64,000 nt of DNA from Chiloscyllium plagiosum (taxonomy: Eukaryota), in contig NC_057732.1 in the NCBI RefSeq assembly GCF_004010195.1, positions 37,326,991-37,390,990 on the forward strand. The letters run 5' to 3'. The notes below the pieces were generated by a model. That model made no database searches. It was not told the origin of the DNA and was given only the letters and a program-made list of their open reading frames with translations. The position numbers and the translations under genes were made by a program. This document shows positions 24,003-36,100 of the stretch, one piece after another; the first letter of the stretch is position 1, and every line of letters starts with the position of its first letter.

Positions 24003-27000
24003 TAAATCTAAATCTAAATGAAACCTATTAACTTCACCTCCAACAAGAAAACAATTGAATCCACTTGTGAATTTGCATGGCAGGGTAGTTGGCCAAGTCA
24101 CAGAGACTTCTGAGGGTGGGAGGAGGAGGTTTTAGTCACTTACCAAGATAGTGGGGCTACTGGTGTAAAAGCAGAACGATGAAATTACAAATCTACTCTA
24201 CTGAAGTTAATTATTACAACTCAGGTATCCTTTTGAAGTCCTCAATTAGACTCCAAATCGAAGTCGCTCAGAATTATGTTAGTCTAGCATATAACTCACT
24301 CACGTACTTTAATACACAAACCCCTTGATTAGATTCTTGTCTGTAAATATGTTGTTGCCCAGTTATATCCTGTTTCAAAGAATATTCTTTGAAGAACTGT
24401 AAAGCAAAGCAAGTTTTGAAAAAAAAATCAAATATTTACTGAGGGGGAAAAAAAAAATCAGCTGTCTGGTTAGAAACAGGACCTGGGGAAGAATCAAAAC
24501 TGCTGTATTACAGCACAAGGGAGGATGGACTTGTACAAACAACTTCAAATCTCATGTCAATCACCCAAGGAGATGACATCCAATCTGATTGTCATTATTA
24601 CAAAAGATTTCAGAGTCTGGCTGCTCTCCTAATTATTCATTGAGCTCAATGTGAAGTGAAATGCAATTGACAATTAGATGCCACAATGATCAACTCTTCA
24701 AGTGTCCAAATAGATTTAGATTAGAAGTCAATATTTACCATCAGTTGACAGGGCAGGAAAAAAAGTTGTATGGCTGTTGAACATGAATCTGATTTGTCCC
24801 AACAGCTTAAATGAAATTAGGAGACTATCCAGTGCTGTGTTGGGCACTTAACTGGAGGTCATGGGTTATCCCTCAATCAGCATCAGTTTTGGTGTTTCAT
24901 TTCCAAATAATCAAGGTTAGATCATTACATTGGAGGAGGATTTGGGCACAGAACATAATGCAGCACAGCATACGCTTCAAAAAATTGCTCATGCTTATAG
25001 ATGGAACAAAAAGCAAAGCAAAGAAAGAAATTATGCATCTTAAACTTAATAGCTTAGAAAGACATTAATATTTTGGATGCAAATGTTACTGACAATAGAT
25101 CTCATTGTATACAAAAGGCAGCGAGCTTACTTTTGAATGCTGCTAAGTCAAGGAAGGAATCCCATAATTCATTAAATAGTGTATGAATACTGTTCAGAGC
25201 AGTTCGACAAATTGAAGTGGGAAGAAGTCAGTCAGACTATGGCTATTCCAAGCATTGAGTGTGGTTTTCAACACCATAGATACTTAGAACTTTAACCACA
25301 TGTCTCTGCAGCTGCAGGCTAACCATACCACTGTGTTAAAAGTCAAATTCACAGCTGTTAAACACTGTGCAGTAGTTTTGATGCATATTTCCTTCCTTTG
25401 TCCCCACAAACTATGAATACGAATGGAAGAATTTACAACATTTGTGTCTCAACGCTAAACAGCACTACACCACGCGCTTTAGAACGTTAATTTAGTCAAA
25501 TGCAAAAAATGCAAATCATAACCGCAACTATACGAAAACTTAGTCAAAAACACTGTCAATATTAGTCAACTTTTGATTTCCTGCTCAAATGGGAAAGGTC
25601 ATTCACTTGAAACATTAATTCTGTCACTTTCCACATAAATGTTGTCTGGTCTGTTGGTTATTTCCAAATTTACTCTTCTCAGCCAAGGAAATGGACTACA
25701 AGAATACATTCCTCATGTACACATAAATGCATTAGTAATAAGAAAAATCAACTACACGTCTCATTATATGTACAAATATAACACTGAATTGACTTAGTGA
25801 CTGAATGCAGGCTTCTTTTTAAAATAGTATGTAACTTCCATGAATGTTTATATTAAAACTCTCCAAATATATATTTCTCCTCAAAACACAAGATGGTAAA
25901 TATAGGATTAAAAAAATGACCAAAGTTAGAGCAACATTTCATGTTAACCTTCACAGAGATAGAATTCTAACAAAGGATGCCCAGTTAGTTTAATGATCAG
26001 CAGAATGCCACACCTACCCTCATCACAGTGAGGAGATTAACCTGCCTTTAACTGATTGCCAGTTGGGTTAAAAAAAAACAAAATATACTGCTGCTTATTT
26101 CTAAATACTGTTACATTTTAACCTACAGATGGCAGCTGAGACCAGTGAAAGGCTGAGAGAGATAGGGAACAAAAAAAAAGTACATAACAGCTATTAATGC
26201 ATATTAACATGATCAATACTACATACATTTATTATGCTTTCCAGGAGGGAGCGTAACTGATTCTTGACTGGGAAGAGACTGTATTATATAAAAGGAATGT
26301 GTCTTCATCAATGATTCTTGGATATCAGATCTCCTGGACAGGGAATTACATAGTGGTTCAAGGGGCCAAGGATGTTTAGTCATGGTGCTGCAGCCATAGA
26401 TCAACTTCTCTTCTCCAATTTCATGTGAATAGCATAATTAAATTCTTTTTCACTTTGTGGCAGTATATTACAGTATAGTAGAATGCTGTAGAACACAAAT
26501 GCAACAGATGACCAAGGTAATTTATTGAGGGTGTATCTGGCTCTCAGTATTTGTCCACACATATGTTTGAATTCCAAAATGGCAATTGTACAAACAAACC
26601 CCTCTTAAGACAGGTAACAAATGACCTGACCAAAAAAATGCTTCCATAATCTAAGCATTTCTTGAACTTCATGCATAAGCAACTTTTTTGAACTGTTGTT
26701 ATAAACCAGGCCATGGAGCTTCCTGGAAGTTAAATGGATGCTGCATGGGATAACAGAAATCCAATCAAAAGAAGAAAAAAAATATAAAAATAAATGTAGT
26801 TAGGAATCTACACATACATGGGAAATATATACCAGTAATTACACATCACTCTCTAGGCACAAGATGGCTGCTTCTTTACAACCACCAACCCTCCTTCTCT
26901 GCTTCTGAATAGAACACAGTTAACAACCTGAGAACAGAACACCGAGTTAAAACAGCAAATTGTAAAAAATAAATTATCCCTTCTTTATGGAATGGATTCT

Positions 27001-27031
27001 TGTTCGTTCTCCACAGTAGTTATCAACACAC

Positions 27032-27136
27032 TCAGAACTCATCATGTCTTACTAAGGCCTCTCCAAAGTCTGTGGCCTGGCTTCCCACAAACAAGTCATA
27101 CTTTTTGACTATTTCTTCTTTGGTGAGTTTTCCATC
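27032..27136 (-). CDS. CALU: CALU exon 7 coding part (terminal)
   Basis: ccAG| acceptor; [37 protein letters not shown]. Confidence 0.96.
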   Translation of the reverse strand, partial: DGKLTKEEIVKKYDLFVGSQATDFGEALVRHDEF

Positions 27137-30100
27137 CTGGAACAAATTTGGAGGCAAACAGTTATAAAAGGTTGGCACATACAGCAGAAAGGCTTTTAAA
27201 GAACAAGGACAGGCCATTAGATCAATAATTTTACTTTTTGGATAGATCAAGCAAATTCATCATATCAAGAATTCAATCACTCTTCCTTAGAAATGCTTTT
27301 CATTGATTTCTGAATTTACTGAATTCACCCCTGCCCTATGCCTTTCCCTCAACTTACTTCACAATAATTTCCCTTTAAGTGGAACCATGTTTGTTCAACA
27401 TCTATTCCAACTCTTGAATACTTTCTAAATGTTTAAAACTAGTCTCAACTTTAATTTGAGTGGCAAGAACATTACCCTAATGAATTGTGCCAATTCCCTT
27501 GCTAATTTTAAGAAAAACACCATAGTTTATCCACACCTGTCAAAATTTTCCTTCCCAATTTATCCCATACAGTTTTATTATTGGTCAGCTCCAGTAAAGA
27601 GAATGCAGGGAGGTCTAGAGCTTAGATGCTAGGCAGCCGAAGGCTCAGGCATTTATGAAACACTGATGAAACTTTCACTCACAGGACTAAATGTTTAATA
27701 CAATCAAGGACAAAAACTTGAATGAGCAATGTGAACAGCTCACCTTGTTTTCATCAGATTCATAGACAAGATGTCGGGCTTCTGCCTCAGCATGATCATA
27801 GTCAGCTGGCAGGATCCAGTCTTTGGTTTCATCCTTGTCCATTTTGCCATCTTTGTTGCGATCTCTGAACTCCGTGAATTGCTCACGCTCGGTTTTTACC
27901 CACTCTGGCTCATGGCCATCACTGTCTGCAGTGTACATATCACCTGAAAACATTGAGGGATGGTCAGACACATTGAAAACTTTCCCTTTGTCTTTCTGTG
28001 CTCCTAACCCTAGTTAGCAAAACAACTTGTGCTTAAAATGCACAAATGTGATTAAACAAAGTAGCAAACTTTAATTTGCTCCAAAAGTTCTGGCACCAAG
28101 GGCTCTGCCTCCTAATAGTTCTGTCTGTCAAGGATGACTTACTGCAGTTAAAAACAAACTCAGCAGAAAGAACATAGTAATTACTCCATCATCCGCAAAC
28201 CCTCCCCTCCCCCAAACATCCCTATGTTAGCACGTGATAAAGTAAAAGGTCAAGACACCAACTCAATATTATAATCCACATCATTTAATCTTGACTGGAT
28301 AACGTAGATGGAATTTCCACAGCCCCACTATTCTAGACCAGTGCCTCAGTAGCAGGCTATATCCAAAATTAATTGGTAAGTCCATAGAAATGTAATCAGT
28401 TAAATTACAAATCAATCACTCTCTGAAGTCCTAGTCAATGTTACTCTATCAGCATCACAAAAATGCATCTCATTGCTGGACATGGTAACTTGCAAAGGAC
28501 AAATTAGGTGGTGTAATTCCAATAATGCAATAAAGATGCATTTAAAAAGTACTAATCAGATGTAAGCCATTTTAGGATTTTCTATTGTGAAAGATGCTTA
28601 TATACACACACACACACACACACAAAAGTTTTCACCTTAAGTATTTGCCCCAAAACATCACCTGGCTTAGCATATGCCCCCTCATTTCACTCCTTCGATC
28701 CCATATTTCACCCACCCCTTTCAGTGGAATTTTTCTCAGTGCAGCTTGTATTCTGTTCAAAATCAAGATAGTCAGTCAGGTATCCAACGTACCAGCCACA
28801 TGAATGGTGTTATCCCTTTTCAACATTCTTGATCTGTGCTTTTTGTTTCGTCCAATTGGCTAGTTAAACTTTTATCACCACTATTATCACCATTCTACCT
28901 AACCATTGTCTAATCACTATACTTCAGTATTGCGCACAGTCTACTCTGCAAATCCTTTGGGCTTTAGTTGAAGTGTGTTCCTTTACTGGTCAGAAAGGTG
29001 CTCTCTTGTTAGCGACCAAACAAATCAGGGTTCAACTTCCAAAACTTGTCCACAACTATTTTTCAGCCTGCGTTTTGTTAAGCACAAGAACATTAATTCA
29101 TAGATTACACACTAATTAAAATCTGGCAACTCCAAAACCAATTATTCAATTCTTGCCTGTAACATTTTAGATTCCTTCCTCTTTCCCCAGTAGTCATGTG
29201 TAGCCCAATGTGTCCATCCTCACTGATCCATCTATTCCACCAAAAGTACTTAGATATGCAGAGTAACATCCTGTGTATGTAGTTTCACCAACACATTTGC
29301 TGATTTCCCAATGAGCCTCAATTTATTTCAACTCCTGTGCATATTTTTATACTCACCAATCCCTATACACACCCCAACACTTGGAATACCAAAATCCTCC
29401 AGTATCTTTTTTAGATTAGATTAGATTACAATGTGGAAACAGGCCCTTCGGCCCAACAAGTCCACACCGACCTGCCGAAGCGAAACCCACCCCTACCCCT
29501 ACATTTACCCCTTACCTAACACTACAGGCAATTTAGTATGGCCAATTCACCTGACCCTGCACATCTTTGGATGGTAGGAGGAAACCGGAGCACCCGGAGG
29601 AAACCCACGCAGACACGGGGAGAACGTGCAAACTCCACACAGTCAGTCGCCTGAGGCGGGAATTGAACCCGGGTCTCTGGCGCTGTGAGGCAGCAGTGCT
29701 AACCACTGTGCCGCCCACTTATCTCTCACTTGTTGTGAAAGTGTGCTGCAGCAGTAAAATGCATCGCTCATGTTCCTGCTCGCAATTGATCAGATTGAAC
29801 TTTAAGCTCCAGTTTTTAAATCTCTGATCCCCTACTCTTCCAATTCCAATTTACTTACCAATATACTCCTCCAAATCAATAAAGCCATCTCCATTCTTAT
29901 CAATGTCTTCCATGGTTTCCTGCCAGAAAAAGAAAGACAGCTTTTGTCCACTTCCGAATATAAAAACTTAGAACAGTAGGAGTTAGAGTTTTGCGTGCTT
30001 TTCAGACAATAAACCCTACTTTAAAAGAGACCTAATGTAACTTTCCATAATGGCAAGCCTTCTACACTTGGCAAAGCCTAAAGGTCCCGAGAATCAAAAT

Positions 30101-33100
30101 TGTTAATGGAATCATTGACCTTTTTCTGGTCATGCAATTATACAAAAATTGCAGAGTTATGATTTGTAAACTAGGTGAGTACATATCATCAAAATTAGGG
30201 GAAGAGCCAGAATAAAATGCCAAAAGTAATAAAAAGTCTCTAGTACACTAGTTGTAAAAAGAGATACAGACTCATTTGTAAGGAAGTGAACACAGTTCAG
30301 GTTTAACTGTGCAGAGTGGCAAGCGTCCACAAACATCCTATTACAGTGAAGGTGGAAAGAATAATCTTGAAAGTCCAGCAAAAACTGCATCTTGTTAATT
30401 CGCTGGCAACCAATGCAGTTGATAGTCAAGATCACTTGCGTAAACTTTGTTTCTTTTGGATTCAATTAAATGGGTCACAAAGGTCTTTTCTGGGTTGTGC
30501 ATGCCTCATACTGAAAATGTGTTGCTGGAAAAGCGCAGCAGGTCAGGCAGCATCCAAGGAGCAGGAGAATCAACGTTTCGGGCATGAGCCCTTCTTCAGG
30601 AATCATGCCTCATACTACCATGTTACTCAGTGCTAACCAGTTACATAATTCCAAGAAGCCACAGTAGTGTTCATTCTTTAAATCCTCCATCTCATCCCTC
30701 ATCAAATATTATTTACTTCTTCTGCATCTTGACATATTATGTACTGATTTCTCAATTACTTAGAGATACTGAGATGTCATGATAACAGAATTATAATGAA
30801 GTAGAGTAGAAGCTTGAGCACAAACAGATACCAGTGTATATCAGTTGGGCTCAATGGTTTGCATCTACTCCATACTCGATTCCTGAAGAAGGGCTTATGT
30901 CCGAAACGTCGATTCTCCTGTTCCCTGGATGCTGCCTGACCTGCTGCGCTTTTCCAGCAACACATTTCCAGCTCTACTCCATACTCTGCCACTTGAAATA
31001 GAGTTGGGAGGTCGGCTTTTATGGTACAGTGATAGCGTCCCTGCCTTTGACCCAGAAGGCTTGGGGGTCACGTTTCACCTGTTCCAGAGTTGTGTCATCA
31101 CATCTCAATAGGTTGATCAGAAAACATAAAAACAACAGACCAATATTGACCATAATGGGCTTTGTATGTAAATATTAAATAGTGTTGGGTGAAAACAAGG
31201 CATCTTCACAATACTGACCAGCACAACAATGTCTTTCATATGATCATATTCCTCTGGATGCAGGAAGGCAGTGAACTCCTCTTTTGTAGCAAACAGGTCA
31301 CCATTCTGGTCAGCCTTTTTGAACCTGCGTTCATCTCTTATCATCATCTGTTTATAGTTGTAGCCATCGTCAGCATCCACGTCATCTTGGAGATCAAAGG
31401 GTGTAGAAAGAAAGAAGGGAAAGAACAATTCCAAGATTAGTAAACAGTTTGAAAACAGAGGCACGTGAACATTTGATCAATTCTGGAAAGAATGTTAGAC
31501 CCCAGATAAACGTTCTGGCAGGTAAGTGACAGTGACTGAATGCTAAAGCAAAAGGTTTGTTTATACGTCAGTCTTCAAAGTACTTCACTCTTGCCTTGGA
31601 TGCTACAGGAATCTCTGCTAAAATAAAATTCTGCATTTTCTCAAAATTACCCTGTAAAGAAAGGAGAGAAAACCTGATTATTCAAATCAGGTCTACAGTA
31701 GTTACCACAATTCTATGGTAGCAACCTGGTAAAACTAAACATCAACTCATTCCTAGTGAGTTTTCTTTCCATGTTTTCTTGCGAAGATGTACTTTGAAAA
31801 CATAGTCAACAGAAAAAAGTTTGGTTTTGTTTTGGATCCATGTCAAAGTAGTGAAAAGCAGGTTAGATCAATAAAACAAAAGAGAATTGCAGATGCTGGA
31901 AATCTGATACAAAAACCAGAAATTGCTGAAGAAACTTAGGTCTGGCAGCATCGGTGGGAAGAAAGCAGACTTAATGCTTCAGGTCCAGTGACCTTTGTTC
32001 TGAATGTTAACTTTGCTTTCTCTCCATAGATGCTGCCACTGCTGCTGAGTTTCTCTGGTAATTTCTATTTTTGTATCAGGTCAGATCAACCGATCAAGGA
32101 AAAGTGTGTAACAGGAAGCCAATGGAAATATCTCAGTTCCATTCACCATGGTGAACACTTAGATGATCTACCAACACTAGAATTGACAGGATGCCAGTTT
32201 GTTGTGAAAGAGATCACGTAACATGAAGAGATCAATTTATACTTTTCAGTGTTGAATATTCAATACCCTTTATAATGCAACAATAGACACTTAGGGGTTG
32301 ACGTATCACAAGCGACACAGTGTTAAAACAAATTCTTTTTCATTTGCTTCAAATCAGAGACTGATTTCCTGCATCCCACCTATAAATCTTTTTGTATATC
32401 ACTGATATTTTCAATTTTAGGAAACATTATACTGAACACAAAGACTGGCAAATACAGCATTTTAAATTATACAGTGCATAGTTAAATCTCTGGCAGGGTT
32501 TGGTAATCAATCATGCAATCAAAACCAAAACTCAAGACTTTAAATGAGTTTCACCAACTCTATTCACCAGTCATGAACACGCAGAGCTTATTCTAATACT
32601 GATTAGAACACTCAGCTGCACAAACTTTGACATTTGCTGCTCATGGCCAGCTTAATGTGCCATAGTCTAATTACAGAGAATGGACTGTGGAATGGTAGGC
32701 CGAACCTACGACGAATGGCTGAGAATCCTGGGATTGTTTCATTAGAGTTGTAAGGTTGAGGGGTGATCTAATAGAAACTTACAAGATAATGCATGCCTTA
32801 GAAAGGATGGAAGCTGGGAAATTGTTTCCATTAGACAAGGAGACTAGCACCCATGGGCACAGCCTTAGAATTAGAGGGGGTCAATTTAGAACGGAAATGA
32901 GAAACATTTCTTCAGCCAGAGTGGTGGGCCTTTGGAATTCATTGTCACAGAGCACAGTGGAGGCCGGGACATTAAGTGCTTTCAAGGCAGAGACTGATAA
33001 ATTCTTGATCTCACAAAGAATTAAGGGTCACGGGAAGAGTGCGGGTAAGTGGAGTTGAAATCCCTTCAGCCATGATTAAATGGCAGAGCGTACTCGATGG

Positions 33101-36100
33101 GCCAAATGGCCTTACTTTTATTCATGTCTTATGGTTTTATAAAGTCCAAAACTAACCCAATGAATTTCCTTACTACATGTATTGTTAAGCTGTCTATTTG
33201 TTACAAATGAAGACTTTGAAAATAAGTCATTTATTCAGAAGACTTTCTCATCCTTCTAAAACCCCATGCACCAAATGTTGTTATAACTAACCAAGGCAAT
33301 TATTCAAGCCAGTTGAAGTGCTGAGATTGATGAGAAACTATGCTTTACAGCATTTGGATAAAACACTACATTCAGCAAAGATGAATTTTCTCTTTGCACA
33401 AATCATGTTGCGAGACCCAAAAAAAGTCACATGTTTTGTCATTTATTCAGGAGAAATAGGTTTTACTGGCGTGCTCAGCATTTATTACCCATCCTATATT
33501 TTGCGGAGCTGAGTAGCCTTCATGAACTACTGCAGACTATTTCATGTCGACACACCTACAAAGTTGCCAGAGAGGGAGTTCCAGGATTTTGACTCAGTCG
33601 CAATGAAGGAATAATGATCTTGTTCCAGTCAGGAAAGGGAGTGATTGGATATGAACTTGCAGGTGGTGTTGTTCCCACAGATCTGCTGCCCCTGTCTTTC
33701 TAGATGGTTTGGAAGGTTCTGTCTAATTCTGGTGAATTTCTGCAGTAGAGAGAGTACATACTGCTGCTACTGTGCACTGATGTTGGACAGAGTGAAGTTT
33801 GTGGATGTGGCATCCTACTTTTGCAGCTGGAATATTTACATGGCCCATCCAAGTCAATTTCTGGTCAATGGTAACCCCTAAGATAATGGTTGTAAACTAC
33901 TAAGCAATAATAACGCTACTGAATCTCAAATGATGATGGTTAGATGCTCTTGTGTCAGATAGTTATTGCCTGACAGTAGTGTAAGGCAAATGTTACTTGC
34001 CATTTATCAGCCCAAGCTTGAGAGTTGTCCAGGTCTTGCTGCATTTGGACATAGACTGCAAAAGTATTTGAGTAATCATGCACAATGCTCAGGACCAATC
34101 AACAGCAAAGATCCCTATTTCACATTTTATGATGGAGACCAGGTCAGTATTATGGAGTCAAAGATGGTTGGGCATAGAGCATTATCCTGAGGACCTGCAG
34201 CTGTGATGACTGGCCTCCAACATCCACAAAGACTCTCTTATGCAATAAATGACTAAACATACCAAGAAAAACACTAAAGGAAATCTATAACTCTGACTCC
34301 AAATCAAAGCGTAAGGAGTTAAAGCAGGAAGGTATGGTCGAATTAAAAAATCAGCTACAATCTTATTAAACCAACCTACTCTTACTGCAACATGTGTTTA
34401 TAAAATGAATAAAGTTCCCTCTACTTTGTCCAACCGTTACATGTCATTTATAGTTGTATCATTTTGCATTTTGAGTTAGGGGCTTTACATACCATGTGTC
34501 TGCTTTCAACAAGAGCTTGAATAAAGCTATTCACAATGATTAAGTTGAACCTAGAGACAAACAAAAATAGACTTCCACCCCAGAGTGCCTTATTTAGCTT
34601 CAGGTCTTCATGTGTACAGTACAAATAGAATATTCAAGAACTTGCCGAATATACTGATGTGGAGACACACCCTGAAAGAAAAGGGTATGGATCATTCTAG
34701 TGAGTGCAACTGTGACAATTCAAGAAGGAAATTACCTGGAGAAAGATACAACCATTCTATCTCACAAAATTAGAGCATTGCTACCAGATAAAATGTGAGA
34801 AATGTGGAACTTGCTCCTCCAAAAGCTTGTGAATGCAGCTGAGTTAACTGAATTTCAAGATTTGAGATACAGATGGACTGGCCATCATTAGAGAAGACTT
34901 GGAGAAAAAAATGTGCAAGCATCAGACTAATGATGGGAAAACAGTGTGAGCAAGGAGGATACTGAGACAGTCAGCATACCTGAAAGAGGTAAAGAGAGAA
35001 GTACTCTGTTCTTCAAAAATAGCACGACAGAGAGCAAAGTCAGCAACTTCTTAAACAATACAAGAGAACAGGGTCATGCTTTCATGAAAGGAACAGTGGA
35101 CCTGTCCGAGAAGGACAGCAGCAGCGAGAGATAAAAACTGACAGCACAGAGACCATTTAACCTATCAGCTGTTGAGTGAGGTCACAGGAAAACATGTATG
35201 TGAACGGTGAGAATTTCTTCCAGATATCACGACTGGCCAATTGCTTTAAATCATGGATCATTACTACAACTGAAGAGTACCAGCAGGAAATTCACTTTTT
35301 AAATAGTTAACATCTAATTAATTAAATAGAATAGAAATGGCTGAGTAGGTGATGTGTTGCAGCCGTAGTTATGTGGGGGCTGCTGGTTGCCAATGTGATC
35401 CACAGTGACCACATCTGCAGCATGAGTTGCAGGAACTTCAACTCAGAGTTGAGAAGCTGGTATCTCAACTGCAGACACTAGGAGAGATCAGCAAGAGGGC
35501 AGCGACACCTGGAAAATTTCAAGAGACAAGCACAGCCTTAAATTAAAAAGAGTAAAATTTAATGAATATTTTCAGGTTGTACAGATGGAAATATAGTGGA
35601 GTACCACAAGGATCAGTCCTTGAACCTCAATTATTTACTATCTAAGTTATGTCTTGGAGGAGGGGGCAGAGTGTAATGTATTCAAATTTGCTGATGCCAC
35701 AAAAATAGGTTAGGAGGCAAGTTGTGATGAGAACGCAAGGAAGCTGCGAGGGGTTGTGGATAGGTTGAGTGACTGGGAAGAAACTTGGCAGATGGAGTTT
35801 AACTTGGGAAGTGTGAAGTCATGCATTTTGATAGGAAGAATTAAAATGCAGATTGGAATTTCTCTCCATTTAAATAACAAAAACGTACAGAGTAGAGGGA
35901 TCTTGGTGTTCTTGTCCATCATATGGGCGGCATGGTGGCTCAGTGGTTAGAAGTGCTGCCTCACAGCACCAGGGTCCCAGGTTCGATTACAGCCTTTGGC
36001 GACTGTGTGTGGAATTTGCACATTCTCTCCATGTCTGCATGGGTTTCCTCCCACAGTCCAAAGATGTGCAGGTCAGGTGAATTAGCCATGCTAAATTGCC

